IMG/VR virus record: IMGVR_UViG_3300032136_000003
Strand: one strand, 5' to 3'
DNA from: an uncultured virus (IMG/VR IMGVR_UViG_3300032136_000003)
Taxonomy: Duplodnaviria > Heunggongvirae > Uroviricota > Caudoviricetes
DNA: 21,589 bases
Shown: one piece after another, positions 9,348 through 17,717 of the stretch
Position numbering within the stretch: position 1 is the stretch's first letter
How the letters are laid out: each line of letters opens with the position of its first letter
Notes under the pieces: model-generated
Databases searched by the model: none
Seen by the model: only the letters and a program-made list of their open reading frames with translations
What the model was told of the DNA's origin: nothing
Made by a program: the position numbers and the translations under genes

Positions 9348-9745
9348 TCTGCTGGCTCCTCCTTCTTGGTTAGACCTAAACTTTCACACTTGGCTTGAAC
9401 TGCATCAGATTCGCTCTGTCCGGCTTCGGGTTCAACATCCCCGATCCATGCCTTATTCGCATCAATCGCCGCCTGAATCTTCGCCTTGATAATCGCTAAC
9501 TGTTCAGGTGTCCATTGCTCTTTACTTGCCCTGCGTAGCTTGCTCATTGCTCCGTTAGCAAAGTAGGCGATGCCGTAGTCGTGGAGGCCTGCCTCGTATT
9601 CAAATGACAGTCCGATTGATTGCTGTTCAGGCAGGAAATTTTGAAAGAATGCCTGAATCTCCGCCTCTTTGTTCAGCCATGTATCGTCACGGATTATGAG
9701 CAAAAGCCCTATCATAAACACTGTCATTATCATATCTTTTTTCAT
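9344..9745 (-). CDS. Hypothetical protein (133 aa) with a hydrophobic N-terminus
   Basis: Tiles between neighbouring genes; MKKDMIMTVFMIGLLLII. Confidence 0.7.
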   Translation of the reverse strand: MKKDMIMTVFMIGLLLIIRDDTWLNKEAEIQAFFQNFLPEQQSIGLSFEYEAGLHDYGIAYFANGAMSKLRRASKEQWTPEQLAIIKAKIQAAIDANKAWIGDVEPEAGQSESDAVQAKCESLGLTKKEEPAE

Positions 9746-9751
9746 AATCCC

Positions 9752-10528
9752 CTACGGTCTGTATTTACGCAACAAAGTGTTGCCTATACTTTTAATATCA
9801 TTAGTTGCTTGGTTCTTATTATAAATTCGAGCTTCATAGATTGTACCTTCCCATTCTTGTCCACCAACAGTCTGCTGTAATGCGCCTATTGTGGTAGACA
9901 AAGCTTGATTTACCAATCCAGTAAAAGTCCCAACTGTAACTGGAGTATCCGCAGGAGTTACCACTCCATTGGTGTAAAAAGTAAGAGAGTCTGGTGTAAG
10001 CCCTCCATCCCACTTATAAGTTATGACGTGAACTCCACTACCTAGAATAGATTGTATAAAGCCCGTCTGCTTTCCAATAGAATTAGCAATACTTCCAGTA
10101 TATATTTTAATCTGCATAGCACCAGAGGTCTTTCTTACAATAAAATCCCTCAGTCCGAGACCATCTGCGTATCTACCCATGATTGTTTCGGATGTGGTGT
10201 TCCAACCTTCTATCACAAAGTGTGCAGTAAATCCATCAGTGAACTTTGTACTAGCAGATTCTGGTACGCTGTACCAATCATCTACACCATCAAACACAAG
10301 CGCATTGCTATTTGTCCATACAGGTTGCTTGTTTGCTGTAGCCTGTACTGCGTTATTGCTGTAAGAGGTGGAATCGTAGATAATCCCAGATACATCAAAG
10401 TCTGCATCGAACTCGTGCCACGCAACGAGGTTAGTATCAATTGGTGCTGACGGTTGCCACAATCCAAACATAGGTCTGGCCTGTGCAGTTGATACTAACA
10501 TAAGTAATATGGCTACTGTTAACCTCAT
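9752..10528 (-). CDS. Signal-peptide LamG/concanavalin-A-like domain protein (258 aa)
   Basis: AQA-RPMFGLWQ; LVAWHEFD, ALVFDGVDDW, YTNG, IGA and WEGTIYEARIYN motifs. Confidence 0.8.
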   Translation of the reverse strand: MRLTVAILLMLVSTAQARPMFGLWQPSAPIDTNLVAWHEFDADFDVSGIIYDSTSYSNNAVQATANKQPVWTNSNALVFDGVDDWYSVPESASTKFTDGFTAHFVIEGWNTTSETIMGRYADGLGLRDFIVRKTSGAMQIKIYTGSIANSIGKQTGFIQSILGSGVHVITYKWDGGLTPDSLTFYTNGVVTPADTPVTVGTFTGLVNQALSTTIGALQQTVGGQEWEGTIYEARIYNKNQATNDIKSIGNTLLRKYRP

Positions 10529-10998
10529 GGTTCTATGATCCCCGTTCCGAATGTGTAGCCTGCAATGGCGTTAGTGATTACTGGTGAGTCTATCGGTAAA
10601 TTTGTTATGACGCAACTATTGTTCGCCATATAGGTCGTTAATTGATCTTTTGAGAACGTAGTCAGAACTAGTTTCTTGAGCGGTATTCCCTCTGTGCCTT
10701 CTGGCAAAGCATACCACCAGTGAACTTTGATCGTGCCTGCTGAGTTTGTCCATTTGTAAAGATCAGACCAGCACGTCGTAGCCTGTTTGCCATTCAATGG
10801 AGTATATAGAACGTTAGTATTACTCATATCAAAATACTGCGGGTAGTTTGTGAAAATCTGCTGTAATGCCCAGTGAAATTTATTATAGACCTCAACAGCG
10901 TGACCGTCTGTCTGGTTCTGCATCCCGAATATTTTAACTGTTTCCTGTGCCGATGATACACTTGCTATTAAACAGATTGCTAAAATCAATTTCTTCAT
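10525..10998 (-). CDS. Signal-peptide hypothetical protein (157 aa)
   Basis: AGGAG RBS and ATG at 10998; MKKLILAICLIASVSSA-QE. Confidence 0.75.
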   Translation of the reverse strand: MKKLILAICLIASVSSAQETVKIFGMQNQTDGHAVEVYNKFHWALQQIFTNYPQYFDMSNTNVLYTPLNGKQATTCWSDLYKWTNSAGTIKVHWWYALPEGTEGIPLKKLVLTTFSKDQLTTYMANNSCVITNLPIDSPVITNAIAGYTFGTGIIEP

Positions 10999-11005
10999 AA
11001 TTCTC

Positions 11006-11812
11006 CTACTGTGTTGGTGCTGAGTCTTTATATGGATGATCTGCGGGTAGATTGTCTTCAAGCCCCCATTTCCATGCAAGATATCCTTCAAGTTTCTGTC
11101 GGTCTGATAGAGAAACGGTACCGCTGATCACAATAATTTCGCCTAGAGTTCCATTCCAGCCTTGAGCAGTGCCATTGCCGTCACCTATTCTATTCCATGT
11201 AGATGCCCCTGATTGTGCAACATCTGAAAACATCCTTGTGTAAGAGATCGCAGCATTATAAGCCATGTCTACTTTGTTGGCACTATTTCTTGTCACACCT
11301 ACAATCACTGGATTGTTTCCTAAACCAAAAGCCAGCGTTCTGTCGTCACTAGTCAGCACCCTCAAGAATGTTTTAGAGGAATAGAAGCCTATCTTATTAT
11401 CACCAGATGTTTCCCCGAAATACATGTTCGCTTCTCCGACTATGTCGTTTTCAAACACAGCGAAGAATCCAAATTCTCCGCTTAAGCTGATGACTGATGT
11501 CAAATCTAGCTGGTTGTTTGCACCATCAAAATCAAGTACGTTCAAACCATCAATTGTTCTAGATCCAGTTGTGGGCTGATATGTGCCAGTACCCTGCGTG
11601 GCGTGCTTATTATTTCCGCTCTTATCATCCCACTGGCTGACGGCTCCTGCTGATTCTGTAATCGTGTTAGTGTCTGATGCATCATACCAAGCGTATGTCG
11701 TTAGGTTGGATGGTGTCCAAAGAGGTGCTGATGATGATTGCCACAATCCCCACATAGGTCTGGCCTGTGCTACACTTGCCATTAAAAAGATTGCTAAAAT
11801 CAATTTCTTCAT
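11006..11812 (-). CDS. Signal-peptide LamG-like beta-sandwich protein, putative adhesin (268 aa)
   Basis: AQA-RPMWGLWQ; AWYDASD, VSQWDDKSGN, LDFDG, GTLGEIIV and EGYLAWKWGL..LP.DHPYK motifs. Confidence 0.8.
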   Translation of the reverse strand: MKKLILAIFLMASVAQARPMWGLWQSSSAPLWTPSNLTTYAWYDASDTNTITESAGAVSQWDDKSGNNKHATQGTGTYQPTTGSRTIDGLNVLDFDGANNQLDLTSVISLSGEFGFFAVFENDIVGEANMYFGETSGDNKIGFYSSKTFLRVLTSDDRTLAFGLGNNPVIVGVTRNSANKVDMAYNAAISYTRMFSDVAQSGASTWNRIGDGNGTAQGWNGTLGEIIVISGTVSLSDRQKLEGYLAWKWGLEDNLPADHPYKDSAPTQ

Positions 11813-11818
11813 AACTTC

Positions 11819-12640
11819 CTACTGTGTTGGCGCTGAGTTTTTGTATGGGTGATCTGACGGTAAATTAGCCTGCAATCCCCACTTCCATGCAAGATAACCT
11901 TCTATCTTCTGGCGGTCAGCTTCTGAAATAGCACTACTGAAAAAGATTGTTTCAGCAATCACGCCATTGCCATACCCTGAGTCATTCGGTTGCCCTCCCA
12001 AGGCTAAACGCTGACTCGTAAACGTGGTTACAGTAGTAGTTCTAGAACTGACTACTCCATCCTGTGTCGCAAGCTGACTACTAGTGCCGTTCTTCACGTA
12101 GGCCGAAAAATGTGGGTTGGTATCTTGAGCAAAATATAATTCTGCTTGATTTGGATAACGACTTCCATAGCCACGTATTGTCAGGTTGGCTCCTGCATTC
12201 CTTATGTAACCTTCTGTGTGTGTGGCTCTTCCGAATCCAAAAAATGATCCTGCCGAGCCAGAGATGATATCACTCTTAAAAACTTGTGCGAAGGATATAT
12301 TCAGACTGCTAACTGCAAAAGATGTATTCATTAGAATATCGCCACCATCAAAGTCTAAAACGTTGAGAGTTCCTATTGTCCTTGCTCCTGTGGTAGGTTG
12401 TTTTGAACCTGTCCCTTGAGTTACGTGTCTATTATTCCCACTCTTGTCATCCCACTGGCTTACCGCTCCTGCTGATTCTGTAATCGTATTTGTATCTGAA
12501 GCATCATACCAAGCGTATGTCGTTAGGTTGGATGGTGTCCACGGTTCAGCTGATGATTGCCACAATCCCCACATAGGTCTGGCCTGTGCAGAACCTGCAC
12601 AGATTAAAACTAAACCTATTATGGAATACAACCGACGCAT
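11819..12640 (-). CDS. Signal-peptide LamG-like beta-sandwich protein, paralogue of 11006..11812 (273 aa)
   Basis: Near-identical N- and C-terminal segments to the neighbouring gene, with a divergent middle. Confidence 0.8.
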   Translation of the reverse strand: MRRLYSIIGLVLICAGSAQARPMWGLWQSSAEPWTPSNLTTYAWYDASDTNTITESAGAVSQWDDKSGNNRHVTQGTGSKQPTTGARTIGTLNVLDFDGGDILMNTSFAVSSLNISFAQVFKSDIISGSAGSFFGFGRATHTEGYIRNAGANLTIRGYGSRYPNQAELYFAQDTNPHFSAYVKNGTSSQLATQDGVVSSRTTTVTTFTSQRLALGGQPNDSGYGNGVIAETIFFSSAISEADRQKIEGYLAWKWGLQANLPSDHPYKNSAPTQ

Positions 12641-12649
12641 CAGAACTCC

Positions 12650-13420
12650 TTATCGAGCTTTGCCCGTAGCGTAGCGAGTGCCGTCAGCTCCTATGAATAT
12701 AGAAATTATATTCGTGTTGCCCTGCGTCAGTTCATCACCCAACCAATCAAACGCACCTTCTCCAGAAGTAGCTCCCCAAACAATATCCCCTGAGCCGTCA
12801 GCCGTAATAGCCTCTAATGTGAGAGTCATGCCTGCTGTTGCATTTGTGATTTGGAAAATCGTACCGGCAGAATATCCTGACAGTGTTGCAGAGAGATACT
12901 CTGACACATCCCAGACGACGTTTGTGCCTGATTCGGTAAGCGTTGCCATGCCTGTTACTTTGTCTGTAACTGCATCATAGCTCATTACGTCGTTGCCATT
13001 TGTGCCCGGTGCTGATATCTGCCATAATCCGAGAGAGCAATCAAGTACAGGCGCACTAGCACCAAAATCAATTACGGTTGTCCCATCTAGCTGGAGGTAT
13101 GTTTCTTCCCCTCCCACATCTATAGTGGTGAATTTAACACGTGTCCCAAAGAAAAGATCGGAATCTACCGGAATATACACATCGTCAAACACATTGCTTG
13201 ATGTGAACGTATTAAAGTTAGCCAGGTACGCATAAAGATTTGTCTGACCATCAAGGACTCCTATAGACACTTCATTGGATGTGACCCGGTCCGTTAGCGC
13301 ATTCAAAGCGTAAGGACTTGGTGTCATATAGATAGCGGCTTCATAAGAAGGAGTCGTATCAGAGAATGCAAGGGAAGACCCCAACATAACAGCGAGAAAT
13401 ATTGATAAGAACTTGTACAT
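12650..13420 (-). CDS. Signal-peptide fibre-like protein (256 aa)
   Basis: AAGGAG RBS and ATG at 13420 (MYKFLSIFLAVMLGSSLAFS); short coiled coil, T/S/G-rich body and a C-terminal domain resembling phage fibre distal domains (ITNATAG..LTL..DGSG.IVW..IISIF..DGT.YA). Confidence 0.65.
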   Translation of the reverse strand: MYKFLSIFLAVMLGSSLAFSDTTPSYEAAIYMTPSPYALNALTDRVTSNEVSIGVLDGQTNLYAYLANFNTFTSSNVFDDVYIPVDSDLFFGTRVKFTTIDVGGEETYLQLDGTTVIDFGASAPVLDCSLGLWQISAPGTNGNDVMSYDAVTDKVTGMATLTESGTNVVWDVSEYLSATLSGYSAGTIFQITNATAGMTLTLEAITADGSGDIVWGATSGEGAFDWLGDELTQGNTNIISIFIGADGTRYATGKAR

Positions 13421-13433
13421 AGGGGACTCCTTG

Positions 13434-13910
13434 TTATCGATTGATGTCAATATAGCTAATAGTAGGCGTTCCTGATTCCGCAATCGCGAAGAAGGCGGAT
13501 TGGAATCCCATGAACGTTATCGTCTGTAGAGGCTCAAGCTTTATGCCTTCGCCCGAAACCGCGGCCTTGTCTAAGTTAAACCATACACTGATAGCCGTGT
13601 CTGTGTTCTGAAACATAACAGCCTTGCGTGCGTTGTGGTTAAAGAAACGAAGATTGTTTGCAACGCCGGACATGTGTACAGGTTCGTTAACCGAGGAAGC
13701 AATAAGAATCTCGGCCATATAAAAATAACCGTTGTTCTCTACAATCTGTCCCTGAGCCAAGGCGATGCCGTTAGTCCATTGTGTTGCTGCACCAATACCC
13801 CGCGCGGGCAAAAACTTCTGGGAGCTTGTGCTCAACGCCATGTTGCCACCCTCTGCCATAACGTAGCCTGCCACAAACAAAACCGCAATCGCGACCAATA
13901 TCTTCTTCAT
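13434..13910 (-). CDS. Signal-peptide protein with a small beta-sandwich C-terminal domain, spike-base/decoration-like (158 aa)
   Basis: MKKILVAIAVLFVAGYVMA-E; RKAVMFQN...GIKLEP...FAIA pattern. Confidence 0.6.
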   Translation of the reverse strand: MKKILVAIAVLFVAGYVMAEGGNMALSTSSQKFLPARGIGAATQWTNGIALAQGQIVENNGYFYMAEILIASSVNEPVHMSGVANNLRFFNHNARKAVMFQNTDTAISVWFNLDKAAVSGEGIKLEPLQTITFMGFQSAFFAIAESGTPTISYIDINR

Positions 13911-13911
13911 C

Positions 13912-14394
13912 CTAATCCTCCATCAATAGTTGTAAACCCTGCTCCACAGCATCGTTGCTGCCACCCAGCCCCTGCGTTGGGTCGGAGTTCTCAATGTTAA
14001 TATCACCCACTACAATAGATGTTTTGTCTCGTGGGTCGAAGCCGGGCTTCTTACCTCCGCGAAAAGACATGTCATACAATAGGTCCTGCTCAAAATTATA
14101 TAGAGTGCCGGGAGAAAAGAAATCCCCGACGACATACCAAAGTTCCTCTTGTTTTCTGTGAAGAAGTTTCAAAGGTTTAGCTGTGTAAGGACAGACCAAT
14201 GCTTTAACAGCATTCTTGACTCCCTTGCGCATGCGCATAGCCGTCATCGCCATCTCTTCGGAAACGAACGGAAGGCGAGGGTCTAATCCACCTTTAAGAT
14301 AGAAACCGGGATGACGGAGGTCGTCACAGTGGACGACCTCCATTTTGTTACCGGTATATGGACAAGTATAATTAGGCTTTTTTCCCACCGTCAA
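13912..14394 (-). CDS. Hypothetical protein with two internal CPYT-initiated repeats (160 aa)
   Basis: CPYTGNKM...P..PF..E...M.MRKG and CPYTAKPL...P..LY..E...M.FRGG; GGAG before a TTG start. Confidence 0.7.
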   Translation of the reverse strand: MTVGKKPNYTCPYTGNKMEVVHCDDLRHPGFYLKGGLDPRLPFVSEEMAMTAMRMRKGVKNAVKALVCPYTAKPLKLLHRKQEELWYVVGDFFSPGTLYNFEQDLLYDMSFRGGKKPGFDPRDKTSIVVGDINIENSDPTQGLGGSNDAVEQGLQLLMED

Positions 14395-14650
14395 CTACTC
14401 CCATTTTGCTTATGGCTTCTTTGGCTTTACCCTCAACCTGCGTCTCTCTGAAACGGAGATACCCTTCCATGCTCTGCATGAAAAGAACTCCCGCGTCAAA
14501 CTGATCGAGCGCCTGTCTTCCAATGTTAGACAACGTGCCGTCGCCAGCATTGGCCTGAACCGTTTCAAGAATCTTATTACGAACTTGGTTAAGCGTCCCG
14601 AACTCCTCCATGAACATACTCTCTACCCCGAACTGCGATGCTTCACTCAT
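14372..14650 (-). CDS. Hypothetical helical protein (92 aa)
   Basis: AAGGAG RBS; first gene after the terminase. Confidence 0.7.
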   Translation of the reverse strand: MSEASQFGVESMFMEEFGTLNQVRNKILETVQANAGDGTLSNIGRQALDQFDAGVLFMQSMEGYLRFRETQVEGKAKEAISKMGVVDGGKKA

Positions 14651-14671
14651 CTGTGTCTCCTTAATGAATTA

Positions 14672-16495
14672 TTAATACTTACCAGAACGATACGATTTCA
14701 TAGCCGAAAAGTCAACACTTTTCTTGTAAAAAGTTGAAAGAGTTACTTGGGGTATAATCACGGTCGGTTCGAAGCCGCCCACGGAAATACCCGCGTCCCT
14801 ATCTCGGCCAGGAGCGAGACCGCAGTGCAGCTTCGCAGCGCGGCAAGCAAGAGCCACCGCGTCACTCTCATCTGGAGAACTCCGTCCGGTCAATCTCTTT
14901 TTGAAATCACCCTTAGATTCCAAAGCCAGGGGTATGATACCCTTCTTATACATGCGAGAACAGAACTGCTGTCCCGCCACAGGATCCAGACCGCGGATCT
15001 GGTCATTCCTGCCGAGGTCGGCCACAAACGACCACATCTCTGTAACAAGATTCTTATACCTAGCTTGGGCGGGCTGGCCCGTCGGACTGATCTCCTCTGT
15101 CGCCTTTGCGGCAAAGTTGCATCGAATCGGGACAACACCAGTCTCATGTTGATAAACATCAGCTATACTCTGGGTACCGCTGTCGTCTATTGCAACATTC
15201 TTCAAAGGAACGCCGTGCATAGTTAGAACAGCCCGAGCCTCGTTGACTATCTGATAGGAAGCTGGGACGCCACTTGACGCACTAATCGGTATATAAGTAG
15301 GCGGAAGGAACGCGATTGCGTAGACTCCACCCTTTAAATAGCCCACAAGAGCCATCTGCAGCATGCAGTTGTCACCACCACTAGTGAATGCGGGGTCTAA
15401 TCCAGCCACTGGAATGAGAGATCCAGCATAACTTTCGGCCCAAGCAGGTTGGTCTGTCATATGAAAAGTAGTGATATCAGCAGGTGAAAGCACCGTATTA
15501 CTCAATCCAATAGGGGTTGGGTACCCATGGACCATAGTCCACACGACCGCACTGTCAGCATTTCCATGACCTTCTTCCCTAATAGTAGTCTCTATCTGAT
15601 CTTTGTTGATAAGATACGGATACTTCTCAGCACCACCCTCCTCAACCACAGCTGGAGAATCATAACCGTTGTGGTGCAAGACCAATCCGTACCGGGAACG
15701 CCACTGGGGTGTGTGCTCGTCTACAGATCCCCAGCCATCGAGAGGTTCGCAAAAACGAGTAGCCTCATCATTGAAGCTCGTCGGGTTCGCGAGACTGAGA
15801 AACCTAAACCTCTTAGCACCCATACGAGCGTTGATACGAGCCTTGGCAGCCGCTGGCGGCAACGCAGATCCTTCATCGAGTATTAAAGTAACAAACGGCA
15901 TGTGGGCACCAGCCAGCCTGGCAACAGCCTTGGATTCAGAACCACCATCCTGTAAAGCCACACCACGAATAGACGCCTTTATTGTAGCGTCGTTGTTTAT
16001 GTCGTCGTTCTCATTGATTATAGCCTTGAGTGATGGAGCTTCTTTCCCGGGGATGTAAAACTGTGGGTTGCGTTTCAGGGTACGAAAGGCACGTGTCACT
16101 GATTCGAAGGAACGTATCTTTAACATATCAACAGATGTAGAGGCCAGCGCTATGTATGTGTGAAGGGGGTCGCAGATCCACTCTAACACAGCACAGAAAC
16201 CAGCATCGTTACTCTTACCCGTGGATGCGGCGCCCAACTCTACGATGAAATTCTCTTCGCACCACGCGTGGACATGCTCCTCCATCCACCGGTGCCGACC
16301 CCATTCATCGTTGGTAAACAGGCCATCTATAGCACGGAGCCAATGCTCGCCTGGAGCGGAGTCAATTTTCCCATACTTGTAAGGCTCCAGCATCCATTTC
16401 TTACCTAAGATAAGCTCTATCTGGATATCGTGGATGTCTTTAGGCCAATCAAGCCCGTATTTAGTCCTTGTGTTCTGGCCTATGATGTTTGCCAT
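14672..16495 (-). CDS. terL: Terminase large subunit (607 aa)
   Basis: Walker A GAASTGKS, Walker B LILDE, ANP coupling motif, RNase H-like nuclease motifs AGLDPA and SPDESDA. Confidence 0.9.
   Translation of the reverse strand: MANIIGQNTRTKYGLDWPKDIHDIQIELILGKKWMLEPYKYGKIDSAPGEHWLRAIDGLFTNDEWGRHRWMEEHVHAWCEENFIVELGAASTGKSNDAGFCAVLEWICDPLHTYIALASTSVDMLKIRSFESVTRAFRTLKRNPQFYIPGKEAPSLKAIINENDDINNDATIKASIRGVALQDGGSESKAVARLAGAHMPFVTLILDEGSALPPAAAKARINARMGAKRFRFLSLANPTSFNDEATRFCEPLDGWGSVDEHTPQWRSRYGLVLHHNGYDSPAVVEEGGAEKYPYLINKDQIETTIREEGHGNADSAVVWTMVHGYPTPIGLSNTVLSPADITTFHMTDQPAWAESYAGSLIPVAGLDPAFTSGGDNCMLQMALVGYLKGGVYAIAFLPPTYIPISASSGVPASYQIVNEARAVLTMHGVPLKNVAIDDSGTQSIADVYQHETGVVPIRCNFAAKATEEISPTGQPAQARYKNLVTEMWSFVADLGRNDQIRGLDPVAGQQFCSRMYKKGIIPLALESKGDFKKRLTGRSSPDESDAVALACRAAKLHCGLAPGRDRDAGISVGGFEPTVIIPQVTLSTFYKKSVDFSAMKSYRSGKY
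14687..14715 (-). promoter_or_regulatory. Sigma70-type promoter inside the terminase 3' end
   Basis: TTGACT-17 nt-TATCGT, about 36 nt before ATG 14650. Confidence 0.5.
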
Positions 16496-16637
16496 CTAGC
16501 TCCTTCTCACAGTGGTGACATAGTGGGTGCTCGGGAAATCTTTCTCGAGCGTCGTCTATAGATAGGTTATGAGCCAATATAACGCGACACTTGTCACAAA
16601 GGACGGCTCCGCACCCGCCATTATACTTAAAATCCAT
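16461..16637 (-). CDS. Small Zn-finger protein (58 aa)
   Basis: AGGAG RBS; MDFKYNGGCGAVLCDKC...LCHHCEKE...; not in the ORF track. Confidence 0.65.
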   Translation of the reverse strand: MDFKYNGGCGAVLCDKCRVILAHNLSIDDARERFPEHPLCHHCEKELDGKHHRPEHKD

Positions 16638-16646
16638 GGTAGACTC

Positions 16647-16838
16647 CTACAATAAATCAATAGTTAGCTCGTCCAATGGAGGTAGGTAGGGGCTGCAACT
16701 CGGGCACACATCCCCGTGGACTCGCTTGCATTCCGGGCAAAGCTCGGCTCCACATGAGAGGCAGAAGAGTTCGTCCGCAATAGGATCCAAATCTGCACCG
16801 CACCTAACACAATAATCGGACTGTGAATACGTTGACAT
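16647..16838 (-). CDS. Small Cys-rich Zn-finger protein (63 aa)
   Basis: Four CxxC motifs. Confidence 0.65.
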   Translation of the reverse strand: MSTYSQSDYCVRCGADLDPIADELFCLSCGAELCPECKRVHGDVCPSCSPYLPPLDELTIDLL

Positions 16839-16868
16839 AATCTAATCTACTAAATAACAGCGTAGCCG

Positions 16869-17321
16869 TCAAGTCTTTCTTAACTCTGTTTCTTTACGAA
16901 ATGCGCAATCCAAATAGACGAACCTAAGCTGCCACTCGGGGCAATCGTTGTCCGGAAGAACGAAACTATTTCGAACCCAGGCGGATACTATATCAGACAA
17001 CCCGGAAGTTATATACGCCTTGAACTCACCAGGGTCTATGCCCACAAGTCTTTTCCGAGGCTTAAGATTTCTATACAAAAAATCAGCTGCGTGTGAACAC
17101 TCATGCACAATGACGTGACTATCTGTGGAGTGTAGGGCTATATCGATAGGTACGCACCCGTCCCGCCCGGGGTAAATCATACACACCCCAGCTATCCGGC
17201 TGGTCACGCATTCGTGGGGGTAGTTGCGTCTGAGAAACCCCGTGAAGCCGCTCCGGGATTCGTATACAGTAACCCGCACATCGATCCCCCTGTCTGGATT
17301 CTGAACAAACATTCTTTTCAT
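16869..17321 (-). CDS. HExxH zinc-metallopeptidase-like protein (150 aa)
   Basis: VIVHECSHAA plus downstream EFKAY. Confidence 0.6.
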   Translation of the reverse strand: MKRMFVQNPDRGIDVRVTVYESRSGFTGFLRRNYPHECVTSRIAGVCMIYPGRDGCVPIDIALHSTDSHVIVHECSHAADFLYRNLKPRKRLVGIDPGEFKAYITSGLSDIVSAWVRNSFVLPDNDCPEWQLRFVYLDCAFRKETELRKT

Positions 17322-17566
17322 ACGAAAAAGCTTATTTTGTTATCGTCACATAGTTTCACGGAGTCTACTGCAAGGCGAGTACCTATCGCCAAGACCACGT
17401 ATTCATTGAGCAAACCCTCTGAGGCTAAGTCCTTAAACAGCTGAACTATCCGAGTCGCCTTCCACTTATCGAGCTCCTCGACCCAAGCTTCAGCAGCCTG
17501 AGCCCGGACTTTCCAATGTTCCCGGCTATCTTTCAGCCCATCAACAAAATCAGCGCTATATCTCAT
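17318..17566 (-). CDS. Hypothetical protein (82 aa)
   Basis: GGAGG RBS; ATGA coupling to the next gene. Confidence 0.6.
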   Translation of the reverse strand: MRYSADFVDGLKDSREHWKVRAQAAEAWVEELDKWKATRIVQLFKDLASEGLLNEYVVLAIGTRLAVDSVKLCDDNKISFFV

Positions 17567-17717
17567 CAGAAGCCTCCCGTTTCAACCTGCAAGCCTGGCA
17601 GAAATGTTCCTTGTGTATCTTGTACCGCGGCAATTCCCTCACGGGTATTTCCGGGTCGATACAGATATAACACTTATCACAGAACAGAATACAAATGTCC
17701 CCTTTAACTTTTAACAT
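17556..17717 (-). CDS. Small Zn-finger protein (53 aa)
   Basis: MLKVKGDICILFCDKC...HFCQACRLK; AAGGAG RBS and TAATG coupling; not in the ORF track. Confidence 0.6.
   Translation of the reverse strand: MLKVKGDICILFCDKCYICIDPEIPVRELPRYKIHKEHFCQACRLKREASDEI

Noticed and set aside
9752..12640. Diversity-generating retroelement acting on the adhesin paralogues
   Set aside because: No reverse transcriptase in the window; differences between repeats are mostly synonymous and not adenine-specific
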